DNA of 64,000 nucleotides from an uncultured delta proteobacterium. Its GTDB lineage: Bacteria; Myxococcota_A; Polyangia; Polyangiales; Polyangiaceae. The stretch lies in contig CAWDXG010000004.1 in the NCBI GenBank assembly GCA_963806225.1, positions 3,104,001 through 3,168,000 on the forward strand, written 5' to 3'. The position numbers and the translations under genes are program-made. How positions within the stretch are numbered: the first letter of the stretch is position 1; every line of letters starts with the position of its first letter. This document shows, in pieces, positions 42,990-53,962 of the stretch. The notes below the pieces were generated by a model. That model had not been told where the DNA came from and did no database searches. It saw only the letters and a program-made list of their open reading frames with translations.

Positions 42990-43111
42990 CAGGATTCCTC
43001 CAGGTTGGTGGCGTGCCCGACCATAGACCTGGTTTTGCCGGCTCGTCACCACGAAGCACGGACGGCAGCTTGCCAGCGGGCACCCCGGCGCCTACCTTGC
43101 CGCGGCTGAGC

Positions 43112-45166
43112 ATGAAAAGCAGCCTGCAGCGAAGCCAGGAGCGCGAGGATCGTGGCATCCGGCTCGTGCCCGCCGGGCTCAAGCTCGGCTCGGAGCTGGT
43201 CCCGCTCTTCGTCGGCAGCGTCCACTACTGGCGACTGGCGCCCACCGCGTGGCGGCCCGCGCTGGAAGCCGCGCGCAGCCTCGGGCTCAAGCTCATCGAC
43301 ACGTACATCCCGTGGGGGGTGCACGAGACCGCGCCGGGCGAGTTCGATCTCGGTCAGCACAATCCGCGGCTCGACGTGGTGCGCTTCCTGAAGCTCTGCG
43401 CCGAGCTCGGCTTCTACTGCATCGTGCGCCCTGGCCCGCACATCAACGCGGAGCTGACCTGGTTCGGTCTTCCCGAGCGGGTCATCTGGAATCCGGAGTG
43501 CCAGGCTCGTTCGGCCGGAGGCAAGCCGGTGGTGCTGCCTGCGCCGCCGCTGGCCTTTCCCGTTCCGAGCTATGCCAGCGAGGTCTTCCTCGCCGAAGTT
43601 GCGCAGTGGTTCGGAGCGATCGGCGCGGCGCTGTCACCCCTGCGCTTTCCCGACGGACCGATCGTGATGTGCCAGGTCGACAACGAGGGCGCCATGTACT
43701 TCCGCGACGGCGTCTACGACCAGGACTACCACCCCGACGCCGTCGCGCGATTCCGACGCTTCCTGCAGCAGAAGTACGGGCAGGTGGGCCGGCTAAGAGC
43801 CGCCCACATGAATCCGACGCTCAACTTCGCGAGCATCGATCCGCCGCGGCGGATGTCGGCCGCGACGGCCATGGAGCTCGGCCCGCATCTCGACTGGGCG
43901 GCGTTCCAGGAGCAGCTGCTCGCCGATTCGTTCAGCCGCATGGCTGATCTTCTCGCCGAGAGCGGCCTTTCCGGGATCCCGACTTCGCACAACCTGCCGC
44001 TCAGCGAGGGAGCGACGCCTCTCGACCCGGAAAGGGTGGGGCGCGCTGTCGACCTGATCGGCCTCGACTACTACCACGGCGCCACGCCTCCGCAGCGTTC
44101 CGAGATCGCGCGACGCACCTCGGAGCTTGCGACGCGCTCGGAAGTGCGCGGGCATGCGCCTTTCGCCTGCGAGCTCGGCGCCGGCTTCCCGCCGTTCTTC
44201 CCGCCGCTCCGCGAGGAGGACAACGCCTTCACGCTGCTTACCGCGCTGGCCTACGGCCTGAAGGGCTTCAACGCCTACATGATCGTGGAGCGGGACCGAT
44301 GGATCGGCTCACCCATCGATCCGCGGGGCAGGCGCCGGCCCTGGGCGGACTTCTGGGAACGGCTCATCAGCGCGCTCGAGCGAACGCGCTTCGCCGAACT
44401 GACGCGCGACACGCCGGTGCGCATCGTGGTACCGCGCAGCTACCGGCGGCTTGCGCGCGTATGCCACGCATTCGGCCCGCTCAGCGCCGCGCTGTTCCAG
44501 GTCGCGGGCGGCGGCGCACGGGAAGGGTGCCTGGAGGACGATTTCGGACTGGGCGCGCCGGTGGTCATCGAGGCCGAGCGGTTCGTTCGCGAGCTCGAAC
44601 GCGCACTGGACGCCCGGCGGGTCCCGTACGCATTCGCGGGCGGCGACTTGATCGAGGAGACGCTCGCGGGCGCGCGTTGGACGGTCGTGCTCGGGAGCGG
44701 AGCGCTGGAGGCGCCGATCCTGGCGAGCATCCAGTCGGCGCTCGAGCGCGGCAGCGCGGTCACGCTCGGCCCGCGCCTGCCCGAGCGGGACGAGAACATG
44801 CAGCCGCGTTCCCCCGTCCCGGAGCTTCCAGCCCGGCACGCCGGAATCCCGGTGCTTCTGGAGCTCGACCGCACAGCGATTGCCGGCGCGGTCGATTCGG
44901 CGATCGAACGGCTCGATCTGCCGGTACTGGCGGCCGAGCCGGCCGAGGTCCACGTTACCCTGCATCGCGATGCCGACGGAGCCCCCCAGCTATTGTTCGT
45001 CATCAACCCGACCGAGAGCGATCTGGAAGCAGACGTGACCGCGGCGGGTGCCGAGCTGGCGGTGGATGCACTCGATGGCCAACGCATCCGCGCCCGCTCG
45101 GGTCGGCTTTCACTGCGCGTCCGTCGACGCTCCGTACGTATGCTGGAGCTTCGCGAGTATTCGTAG
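43112..45166 (+). CDS. Beta-galactosidase-like glycoside hydrolase (GH35/GH42-type)
   Basis: HYWR, TYIPWGVHE, RPGPHINAE, QVDNE and CELGAG. Confidence 0.85.
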   Translation: MKSSLQRSQEREDRGIRLVPAGLKLGSELVPLFVGSVHYWRLAPTAWRPALEAARSLGLKLIDTYIPWGVHETAPGEFDLGQHNPRLDVVRFLKLCAELGFYCIVRPGPHINAELTWFGLPERVIWNPECQARSAGGKPVVLPAPPLAFPVPSYASEVFLAEVAQWFGAIGAALSPLRFPDGPIVMCQVDNEGAMYFRDGVYDQDYHPDAVARFRRFLQQKYGQVGRLRAAHMNPTLNFASIDPPRRMSAATAMELGPHLDWAAFQEQLLADSFSRMADLLAESGLSGIPTSHNLPLSEGATPLDPERVGRAVDLIGLDYYHGATPPQRSEIARRTSELATRSEVRGHAPFACELGAGFPPFFPPLREEDNAFTLLTALAYGLKGFNAYMIVERDRWIGSPIDPRGRRRPWADFWERLISALERTRFAELTRDTPVRIVVPRSYRRLARVCHAFGPLSAALFQVAGGGAREGCLEDDFGLGAPVVIEAERFVRELERALDARRVPYAFAGGDLIEETLAGARWTVVLGSGALEAPILASIQSALERGSAVTLGPRLPERDENMQPRSPVPELPARHAGIPVLLELDRTAIAGAVDSAIERLDLPVLAAEPAEVHVTLHRDADGAPQLLFVINPTESDLEADVTAAGAELAVDALDGQRIRARSGRLSLRVRRRSVRMLELREYS

Positions 45167-45184
45167 TAGAGCGACCAGCCTCGG

Positions 45185-45796
45185 ATGCTGGTCGAAATCA
45201 ACCCGGACAACCCGGAGCCGCGCAAGATCCGCCGGGCGGTAGAGGCGCTCGAGGCGGGCGAGGTCATCGCCTACCCGACCGACACGGTGTACGGGCTCGG
45301 CTGTGATCTGTTCAACAAGAAGGCGGTCGATCGCCTCTACCAGATCAAGGGGCTGGACCGGAGCCACAAGCTGGCCTTTGTCTGCCATGGCATCGCCGAC
45401 GTCTCCCGCTATGCGGTGATGCACGACAGCGTGTTCCACATCCTGAAACAGTACCTGCCGGGTCCCTACTGTTTCATCCTGGACGCGACGCGGGAGGTCC
45501 CGAAGATCGTCCAGTCGCCGCGCAAGACCGTGGGGGTCCGCATTCCGGACCACCCGGTGGCACTGGCGCTGACCGAGGAGCTCGGCCGACCCATCATCTC
45601 GACGACAGCGGCGCGCCACGGCCAGACGCCCCACCCCGACCCCAAGGAAATCGACCTCGAGTTCCGCGGGCTGGGGATGGTACTGGACGCCGGGCCCGGC
45701 GGCACGACGCCCACCAGCGTGGTGGATCTGACCGGCCCCACGCCAAAGGTGGTCCGCGAAGGCGCGGGCGACGTGTCCGCGTTCATCGAGGACTGA
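45185..45796 (+). CDS. YrdC/Sua5/YciO-family threonylcarbamoyl-AMP synthase
   Basis: AYPTDTVYGLGC, IKG, LPGPY, VGVRIP and PTSVVDL. Confidence 0.92.
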   Translation: MLVEINPDNPEPRKIRRAVEALEAGEVIAYPTDTVYGLGCDLFNKKAVDRLYQIKGLDRSHKLAFVCHGIADVSRYAVMHDSVFHILKQYLPGPYCFILDATREVPKIVQSPRKTVGVRIPDHPVALALTEELGRPIISTTAARHGQTPHPDPKEIDLEFRGLGMVLDAGPGGTTPTSVVDLTGPTPKVVREGAGDVSAFIED

Positions 45797-45921
45797 CCCC
45801 GGACGATGGCGCCCCAGCTGATATGGCGCATTGATCCGTGAGCCAACCGGCGCTATCAGGGGCGCTGTTCCCCACGTTTCCAGCATGAGGCGCGTCCCCG
45901 CGGCGCGCGCGAGGAGAAGAT

Positions 45922-46227
45922 ATGACCTTCGTCGTCACGGAGAACTGCAAGGCGTGCCGCTTTACCGACTGCGTCGCCGTGTGCCCGGTGGACTGCTTCC
46001 ACGGGGACGACGAGATGCTCTACATCGACCCCGATGAGTGCATCGACTGCGGAGCCTGCGTACCCGAGTGTCCCGTCGAGGCCATCTACGACGAGGCCCA
46101 GCTTCCGGAAGAGATGACGAGCTGGATCCAGGTCAACGCCGAGAAGGCCCCGGACCTGCCGGTGGTCAACGAGAAGACCGACGCGCTGCCCGGCGCCGAG
46201 GAACGCAAGACCAAGCTCGGATTCTAG
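45922..46227 (+). CDS. Dicluster ferredoxin (FdxA/7Fe type)
   Basis: CKACRFTDCVAVCPVDCF and CIDCGACVPECPVEAI, with a GAGGAG RBS. Confidence 0.95.
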   Translation: MTFVVTENCKACRFTDCVAVCPVDCFHGDDEMLYIDPDECIDCGACVPECPVEAIYDEAQLPEEMTSWIQVNAEKAPDLPVVNEKTDALPGAEERKTKLGF

Positions 46228-46254
46228 GTTCGCTGCTCCGGCTCTGGACGCCAC

Positions 46255-46281
46255 GCCCGGCGCAGGCAATGCGCGCCGGGC
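46255..46281. terminator. GC hairpin between convergent genes
   Basis: GCCCGGCGC-N9-GCGCCGGGC. No U-tract. Confidence 0.4.
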
Positions 46282-47382
46282 TCAGTGCCGCTTGGCCTTG
46301 TTCTGGGCCAGGTTGAACGTCACGGTCGTCGCGCTCTGCATGTTGGCGACGGGCTGCTGCGGGTTCTTCACCGGCACGAGGGGCGCTTGCAGCATCTGCG
46401 TGAGCTGCACGCCCGTCGGCAGCGGCACGCCCTTGTCGATATCGACGCTCCCGTTCGACGTGGACGCGAACTGGGCCAGCTTCACCTTGCCGAACTTGGT
46501 TGGAAGCCCCGGCAGATCAACGTCGTCGCTGGCCGCATAGCGCTTGGCATTGACGCTGAGCTTGACGTGATCTCCCTCGATCGACTCCACCTTCACCAGT
46601 CGATAGGACACGACATCGATCCCCGCCACCATGCCGCGCGTCGTCACCATCCACATGGCGCCGACGCCGACCGGCTTGTCGGGTACGGGCACCGTCATCG
46701 CGGAGAACGCCTCGACCAGTGAATCAAGCGCGGTATCGAGGCCGCTGGCTTGCTTGGACAGGTCGAAGGCAAAGTTGTTACCGGCGCCGTCGGGCAGGAT
46801 CGAATAGGTGATGTGGCTGCCCTTGAGCCCCGAGATGCGATCGACGAAGGCGGGCGGCACGTTGGCCCGCTCGGACGAGGAAACCTCCGCGCTCTCGATC
46901 GTGGCGACCGCGTCGACCGGACCGTGCGAGCCGGGCTTTGCGCCCTTCGGTCGCTTGGTCTCGAGCGCCAAGGTCAGGTCCAGGGGCGGCAAAGAGCCGC
47001 CTCCACCACGCAGCGTCAGGGCAAGCTTGGCCTTGCTCTTGTACCCAGCCTTCGGCTGCAGGGGTTCGAGCTGCACGCGGGGTGTCTGACCCTGGTTGCC
47101 GAGGACGACCTTCGGCGCCGTGCCGCGCGGCATGGCCTTGTCCGCGGCGCCGGGCGCGAAGATGCCGTTCTCGGGCGGTGCGCCGGGCTGGTTGCCGGGC
47201 GCGGCGGCAGCCGCGTGACGAGCCGACGCGGCAGCGACCGCCTTGGCCAGGGCCGGGTCGACCGCGGATTTCTCGCTCCCCGCTTCCACCTCGTCGGCGT
47301 TGACGGTCTTCGGTTTGTGCTCGCAACCGGAAAGCGCCGCCGCAGCAAGCATCAAACCGGCGTACAGATTGGTCCGCATCAT
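46282..47382 (-). CDS. Hypothetical lipoprotein
   Basis: LSG-C lipobox and a beta-rich domain with PVPDKPVGVGAMW. Confidence 0.78.
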   Translation of the reverse strand: MMRTNLYAGLMLAAAALSGCEHKPKTVNADEVEAGSEKSAVDPALAKAVAAASARHAAAAAPGNQPGAPPENGIFAPGAADKAMPRGTAPKVVLGNQGQTPRVQLEPLQPKAGYKSKAKLALTLRGGGGSLPPLDLTLALETKRPKGAKPGSHGPVDAVATIESAEVSSSERANVPPAFVDRISGLKGSHITYSILPDGAGNNFAFDLSKQASGLDTALDSLVEAFSAMTVPVPDKPVGVGAMWMVTTRGMVAGIDVVSYRLVKVESIEGDHVKLSVNAKRYAASDDVDLPGLPTKFGKVKLAQFASTSNGSVDIDKGVPLPTGVQLTQMLQAPLVPVKNPQQPVANMQSATTVTFNLAQNKAKRH

Positions 47383-47579
47383 GTTCATCTGTGCCTGGCA
47401 CTGGTTTACTAGAGCGCCGTTTCGGGTCCAAGCTGCCTGGCCGGAACCGGGCGTCGCGTGAACTCGCGGACCAGTAAACAAGGAACGCCGCCCTGCATTC
47501 CCGACACGACGCAATGCGTCGCACGGCCACCCCAGCGAGGGCCGGCTGCTCAGCCGCTCCGCAGCCGAACCAATCGCTG

Positions 47580-50061
47580 TCAGAAGGGCGGCGGCTCGTC
47601 GACCGACCCCGCCTCGGCAGCGACCTGGCGTACAGAACCGGCGTCGACGGGCTGGCCCGCGTCGGCTTCGGGCGGGTTCACCCGGGCGCCGGACCCGGCC
47701 TCCGTCCCGGCGTCCGCCTCGCCGTCCGCTCCCGCATCCGGCGAGGCCATTTCGGTCGGCACGGTTCCGTCGAGGAACTCCTCTTCCACCGCGTCCTGTT
47801 CGCCTTCGTAGGCCAGCTCGCCGGTCGCAGGATCGATGCGTGCCACCACGATGTCACCGGGGCGCGCAAACTCCGTGGGAGGGCGCCCCTTCTCGGCCGC
47901 TTTCATGAACTGCATCCAGCCGGGCAACGCCGTTACCGCGCCCTCCTCGCCCCAGCCGAGCGGATTGGCATCGTCGTAGCCGACCCACACCGAAGTGACG
48001 ATATCGGTCGAGAAACCGACGAACCACGCATCCTTGGCATCGTTGGTCGTGCCGGTCTTGCCGGCCAGCGGGCGGCCCATGCTGCTGGCGCGCCGCGCGG
48101 TCCCCACCTGCACCACGCTCCGCATCAGGCTGGTCGTCAGGTACGCCTCGGCAGCGGACATCACGCGGCGCGGCGGCGGCTCCTTTGGCAGCGCCACGAG
48201 TTTGCCGTCCGGCCCGATGATGCGGGTGATCAGCACCGGCGGCGCATAGGTGCCGCCGCTGGCGAACGAGCGGTAGGCCGCAGCAATCTCGATCGGCTTG
48301 ACCTCGTACGCACCGAGCGCAAGCGAGAACGTCCGGCTGGAGCTTCGATTCGATGCCCAGTGCGTGAGCCCACTGCACCACGTTGGCTGGCCCCACCTGG
48401 CGGAAGATGTACTGCGCCGCGGCGTTGTCGCTCTTCGCGAGCGCCATGCGCACGCTGATGTGCCGCGTTTCTCCCGGCTTTCCATGCCTGGCGGGCAGCT
48501 CGAGCACGGTCGCCGGCGTGAAGCGACGCGAGTGCAGCGCGTAGCTGTACACGAACGGCTTGAACGCCGAGCCAGGTTGCCGGCGGGACTGGGTTGCGCG
48601 ATCCAGCCCTCCCATCAGCGCTTCATAGCTGCCGATCAACGCCCGGACCTGGCGCGTGCGCACGTCGATCGCAACCAGCGCCGACTCCGGGCCGAGCTCG
48701 AGACGCAGCGGCACGGGCGAGCTGTCGTCCGGAGCCGGGTCGGCAAGCAGGCTGACGCGGAGCGACGCGCCTTCCGCGGCGAACTTGCTCGGCGGCAGGT
48801 GCCTCGGATCGTAGCGCTCTTCCTTGTCAAGCTTCACCCGCCCGAGCGTGTCGCCGACCTGGACATCGATGGTGTGATGGTCGTCGTCGAGCGCTTTGAC
48901 AGTGCCGACGTAGATGTGGTTCTTCTTCGGCGTTCCCTGGAAGGGCCGCCCCCACAGCCGGCGCTTTTCCAGGGTGAACGGCGGCTCGAGCTTCTGCCGC
49001 TCGGCGTAGCGCTCCAGGTTGTCGCGGACGGCCTTGCGCGCTTCGGCCTGCAGCGTCGGGTCGATCGTCGTCGTCACCTTGTAGCCGCCGTGGCGGGCGC
49101 GCTTGCCGCCGACCTGTTCCAGGATGCCCTTGACGTAGTCGACGATCTCCGGGGCGAGCTCGGACTCGGCCTCGACCGCGGGAGCCAGGCGCAGCGGTTC
49201 CTTCATCGCCTGCTCGTACAGCTGACGCGTGACGAAACCCTTTTCCAGCATCTGCCCGAGCACGTAGCGGCGACGGGCCATGGCCTTGTCCGGGGCTCGC
49301 CGGGGCGACCAGTGCTCCGGCGACGCGACCAGGCCGGCGAGCAGCGCGCCCTCGGCCAGATCCAGCTCCTTCGCCTTCTTGCCGAAGTAGTAGCGCGCCG
49401 CTTCCTCGATCCCGTAGCGCCCGTGCCCGAGGTAGATGTGGTTCAGGTACAGATTGAAGATCTCGTCCTTGGTGAGATCCTGCTCCATGCGCCGCGCCAG
49501 GATCGTCTCCTTGATCTTGCGGCTGTAGGTGCGTTCGGGATCGAGCAGCAGGTTCTTGACGACCTGCTGCGTGATGGTGCTGCCGCCCTGGGTCGTGTGA
49601 CCGGCACGCAGATTGGCGACCAGCGCGCGCAGCATGCCGAGATAGTTCAGCCCGGCGTGCTCGTAGAAGCTCGCGTCCTCGGCAGCCAAAAAGGCGAGCT
49701 TGACGTGATCCGGAACTTCGCTCAGCGGAATCACCGTGCGCCGCTCGGTGAACAGATTCGCCAGCAGCGTGCCATCGCGCGCCAGGATGCGCGTCACCTG
49801 CGGCGGGTCGTAGCCCTTCTTGAGCTGTTCGACGCTCGGTAGCCCGGCCTCGTAGTGCCGGATGACGAAGAACACCGTCAGCGCGCCCAGCGCCGCCAGC
49901 ACCGCCGTGCCGATACCCGTCCACTTGGCGATGCGCCCGACGCGGCGCCAGAAGCTGGATTTCTCGCTCACGGGATCCGCCGGACCGGACTCGGGGTGCT
50001 GCCCTTCAGGAACGCCCGCTCCCGCGGCAAGATTCCCCTCCGCGTCCTCTCCATCCGCCAT
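47580..50061 (-). CDS. Class A penicillin-binding protein (PBP1A family); frameshift near 48325
   Basis: Transmembrane anchor. Transglycosylase motifs AEDASFYEH, GGSTITQQ and RKIKE; transpeptidase motifs GSAFK, SDN and KTGT. Confidence 0.92.
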
Positions 50062-50096
50062 GTGCGCGGGCAGCGTAGCTCTTTTATGCGTGTTCG

Positions 50097-51198
50097 CTAC
50101 TTGCCGACAACGTGCATCACGAAGACGGCCAGAAGCACGCCGGCCACCAGGCAGGCGGCAGCGACGCCGATGAGCAGCCCAGGACCCGGGCGCCGCGAGC
50201 TGCTGACGCGCAGGGTGGTCGTGCCGCCGGGATTGGGCGGCGGCAGCTCGCGTCTCGGCTCGGGCTGCTTGGGCGAGCTTGGCGCGATCCGCATGGACGC
50301 GGAGGGATAGTCGGCCCCCGGGGTGCCGAACGGCTTGAGCGCCTCGGCGAATTCCGTTGCCGACTGGTAGCGGCCCTCCGGCTTCTTCGCCAGCGCCTTG
50401 GCGAGCACTTCGTCGAGCCCCTCGGGGAACGCGCGATCGGCCACCCGCTCGCTGAGCGGGATGGGCGGCTCGGTGACGTGCTTCTGGATGTACTCCATCG
50501 GCGTCTTCGCCACGAAGGGCAGCTTGCCGGTGAGCGTCTCGTACAGGATAACCGCCAGCGAATAGATGTCGCTGCGCGCGTCGAGCGTCTTGCCCTGTGC
50601 CTGCTCCGGCGACATGAACTCCGGCGTGCCGAACACCATGCCTTCCTGAGTCAGGATGACGGAGCCGGGCCGCATCTGCCGTTCGGTGACCTTGGCCAAC
50701 CCGAAGTCGAGCACCTTCGGGATAGTCCGCGATACCGCCCTGGTGGCTCAGGAAGATGTTCTCGGGCTTCAGATCGCGGTGCACGATCCCCATCTCGTGC
50801 GCTTCCTGCAGCGCGCCGCACACCTGCACCAGGATCGGGATCGCGCGCTCGGCCGACATCGGCCCTTCGCGGCGCACGGTCTGGTTCAGGTTCTTGCCCT
50901 CCAGCATCTCCATCACGATGTAGAGGGAGCCGTCTTCTTCCAGCTCGCCGTACATGAACACCTTGACGGTGTTCGGGTGCGTGAGCTGGCTCATCGCGCG
51001 CGCCTCGCGGCGGAAGCGCGACGTTAGATCCTTGCGTCCAGCGAGCTTGGGATGGAGGATCTTGATCGCCACCATCCGGTTCATCGCCGGCTGGGAGGCC
51101 TTGTAGACCGACCCCATGCCTCCCGTACCGATCTTCTGGATGACCTGGAACTGGCCGTCCAGAATCTCGCGACCGATAAAGGGGTCCTTGGGGCGCAT
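50097..51198 (-). CDS. Hanks-type Ser/Thr protein kinase with C-terminal transmembrane helix; frameshift near 50720
   Basis: IGTGGMGSVY, VAIK, HRDLKPEN, DFGLAK, GTPEFMSPE and SDIYSL. Confidence 0.93.
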
Positions 51199-51292
51199 CT
51201 CGGCAGACAGATACCAAAACTAGCACGAGGCTACGAGGGCCAGCGCCCTCCAAACCCCCTCCAACCTGATTTAGTCCGAACCCGGAGAAGCC

Positions 51293-52069
51293 GTGGAGAG
51301 CGCTCACTACCAGCAGAGCCCACTGCTCCAGGCCGCCGGATTCCGGCACGCTTTCTTCACGCGGCGGGGCGGTGTCTCGTCCGGAGCCTACGAATCGCTC
51401 AACTTCTCCGTCGCGGTGGGGGATCTGGCAGAGAACGTGCAGGAGAACCTGGCACGGGCCGCCCGCGCGCTCGGCGTCGATCCGGAGCGCGTCTATTTCC
51501 TGTCCCAGGTGCATGGCCGCGAGGTCAAAGTGCTCACGGGGGCCGAGAATCGACAGGAAGTGCTGCACGAGCGGGGAGACGGGGTGATCGGCACCCGCGG
51601 CGATCTAGCCTGTGCCGTGCGCGTGGCCGACTGCGCGCCGATCCTGATCGGTGACAAGGCGAGCGGAGCCGCGGCGGCCGTCCACGCCGGGTGGCGCGGC
51701 ACCGTTGGCGGCGTGGTGGCGGCCGCCGTGGAGCGGCTGCGAGCGGAGCTTGGCGGGCCCGGCGAGCTGGTTGCGGCGATCGGGCCGCACATCTCGCTGG
51801 CCCGCTTCGAGGTCTCCGCGGACGTGGCCGCCGAGCTCCTGGGCGCCTCGCCGGACCCGGACGTGGTCGACCACACGTGCGGCCCGAAACCACACGTGGA
51901 TCTACGGCGCATTCTGCGAGCCCAGCTCGTACAGCTCGGCCTGGCGGACGACGCCATCGACGACGTCGGCGGCTGCACCGTCGGCGACGCCTCCCTCTAT
52001 TTCTCGTACCGGCGGGACGGCAGCCAGAGCGGGCGCCACCTCGCAGCCATCGTGCCACGGGGCTTTTGA
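51293..52069 (+). CDS. pgeF: YfiH/PgeF-family protein (peptidoglycan editing / purine nucleoside phosphorylase)
   Basis: FTRRGGVS, QVHG, VADC, HAGWRG, IGPHI and YFSYRR. Confidence 0.9.
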   Translation: MESAHYQQSPLLQAAGFRHAFFTRRGGVSSGAYESLNFSVAVGDLAENVQENLARAARALGVDPERVYFLSQVHGREVKVLTGAENRQEVLHERGDGVIGTRGDLACAVRVADCAPILIGDKASGAAAAVHAGWRGTVGGVVAAAVERLRAELGGPGELVAAIGPHISLARFEVSADVAAELLGASPDPDVVDHTCGPKPHVDLRRILRAQLVQLGLADDAIDDVGGCTVGDASLYFSYRRDGSQSGRHLAAIVPRGF

Positions 52070-52150
52070 GCCCCCGCTGCTCCCCCTGCACGTCCGCGCA
52101 GGGCGCCGGACTTGTGCCCTGCCGAGCCGGAACGTGTAGGCTTATGTCGT

Positions 52151-53950
52151 ATGTCCTTCACCGTGGTCTGCAACGCGTGCGGCGCGCGCTTTGCGCTACC
52201 GGACGACCTGTACCAGCGCAAGTTCAAGGACCGCCTGGTGACGGTCCGCTGCAAGCACTGCGGCGCGAACATCAGCGTCGACGGCGTCGAGCTCGCCTCG
52301 GGGCCTCGGCACGAGATCCCCGTGGCCGTCCGGGAGAGCGCCGACGCGCCCGCGATCGAGCACGTGCCGGTCGATATGACTCCGACGGTTCCGCTCGCGG
52401 AAGCGTCCACCGAATGGACGGTCAGCTTCAGCCACGAGGATGATCGCGAGCTCGACCGTGACCAGATCGCGCGCGCGCTGGAGCTCGGCGAAATCAGCGC
52501 GGAGACCATCGTCTGGCGCGAGGGCATGGAAGACTGGTTGCCGATCGGACAGGTTGCAGCGCTCGCCGACCTTCTGCCGCAGAAGGCCGATGCGACCGGA
52601 GGGTTCCTCGGGACCGGGATGCAGCTCGACGCGGACGGCGGCACGCTGAAGAAGAAGCGTTCTCCGCCGCCGCACCCCGCCAAGCGCCGCTCGTCGAGGC
52701 CACCGCCCCCCGTGCGGGCGCCTTCGCTGGGTGCGCTCGCCCAGGGAAAGACGGCCGGCAAGGCGCGCGCGCTGTCACCCGGCACCCTGCTTGTCGACAA
52801 GAAGCCGAAACCGGCCGCACCGGCCTCGAGCGACGCCGAGCCCGAGTCGATCGAGCCCGAGTCGATCGACGCCCAGCCTGCACCGGTCGCGGACAAGCCG
52901 GGAAAGAAGCTGCCGACCGCTCCCAAGCCACCCGTCCCGGCGTGGAAGGCCAACCTGAAGAAGGCCCCCAAAGGCTCCGACGAGGAGCCCCCCAGCTCGG
53001 GGACGCCTGCGCTGCGCGATCTGATGACCGCGAGCAATCCGCCCGACGCCAAGCCAGGCCACAAGGACAGGGATGTCTTCGGGCTTGCCGAGGACGCCGG
53101 CTCATTGCTCGCACCCCCCGCTTTCGATCTCACTCCGCCGACGATTGACGTCGAATCGCCCGCGCCGCCCGCCGCCGCGGAGGACGCCATCGAAGTCGAG
53201 CTCGAAAGCGAGCCGGCGCCGGAGCCGGGCGTGGCCCAAGCCAGGCAGCGCACGAGCAACGACTCGGCGCGGACGGTTGCCGGGCTGTTGCTGATCGGAG
53301 GGGCGACGGCCTTCAGCGTCTGGTGGTTCGGGTTCAGGGCCGCCGGGACTGCGTCGACCCGGTCGACCACCGCGAGCGCCGTGGTCGAAACCTCGACACC
53401 TCCCGCAGCTTCGCACGCGGCTCCGGAGAACACACAAGCCGCAGAGCCGACGGAGTCCGCCGAGCCGTCCGCGACCGGCGCGCCCACAAGCACGACGCAG
53501 CCGAATGCCACAGCCGCCCCGACCGCCACCGGGCCGCTTCACGCTGCGTCGAATCCCGGAACGCCAACGGCGGAGCGGCACACCAGCGAGAGCGCCCACA
53601 CAAAAGCTCCGCCATCGACGGCCCCGGAACCCAGCGCGCCGACTGCCCCCACCCCTTCCACGAAGCCGGAAAAGGCTCTCGGGCCTTTCAACAAGAGCGC
53701 GGCGATCGCGGCGCTGAACTCCGCCGCCGCAGCGGCATCCGCGTGCCGCAAGGACGGCGACCCGTCGGGGATGGCGCACGTCGTGATCACCTTCGCACCG
53801 TCCGGACGCGTCACCACGGCCCAGGTCAACGGTCCGCCCTTTGCGGGGACCCCGACGGGCGGCTGCATTGCCGGTCGCATGCGCGGCGCGCGCGTTCCCG
53901 CGTTCAACGGCGACTTCGTCACCGTGAGCAAGACGGTCATCATCCACTAG
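52151..53950 (+). CDS. AgmX/GltJ-like protein: zinc ribbon, GYF_2 domain, Pro-rich linker, transmembrane helix and TonB-C-like domain
   Basis: CNAC...CKHC, IVWREGMEDWLPIGQV, one TM segment, and C-terminal VVITFAPSGRVT...GCIA...VPAF. Confidence 0.8.
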   Translation: MSFTVVCNACGARFALPDDLYQRKFKDRLVTVRCKHCGANISVDGVELASGPRHEIPVAVRESADAPAIEHVPVDMTPTVPLAEASTEWTVSFSHEDDRELDRDQIARALELGEISAETIVWREGMEDWLPIGQVAALADLLPQKADATGGFLGTGMQLDADGGTLKKKRSPPPHPAKRRSSRPPPPVRAPSLGALAQGKTAGKARALSPGTLLVDKKPKPAAPASSDAEPESIEPESIDAQPAPVADKPGKKLPTAPKPPVPAWKANLKKAPKGSDEEPPSSGTPALRDLMTASNPPDAKPGHKDRDVFGLAEDAGSLLAPPAFDLTPPTIDVESPAPPAAAEDAIEVELESEPAPEPGVAQARQRTSNDSARTVAGLLLIGGATAFSVWWFGFRAAGTASTRSTTASAVVETSTPPAASHAAPENTQAAEPTESAEPSATGAPTSTTQPNATAAPTATGPLHAASNPGTPTAERHTSESAHTKAPPSTAPEPSAPTAPTPSTKPEKALGPFNKSAAIAALNSAAAAASACRKDGDPSGMAHVVITFAPSGRVTTAQVNGPPFAGTPTGGCIAGRMRGARVPAFNGDFVTVSKTVIIH

Positions 53951-53962
53951 ATCGACACCGAC

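Noticed and set aside
45809..45865. Imperfect stem and TTGAT half-site upstream of the ferredoxin
   Set aside because: The stem is bulged, the FNR second half-site (ATCAA) is missing, and no riboswitch signature is visible.
47854..51198. 1114-aa ORF that looks like a kinase-PBP1A fusion
   Set aside because: The kinase continues in another frame after about 50720 (DFG, SPE and TM, stop at 50097). The in-frame bridge is off-frame junk, so the fusion is an indel artefact.
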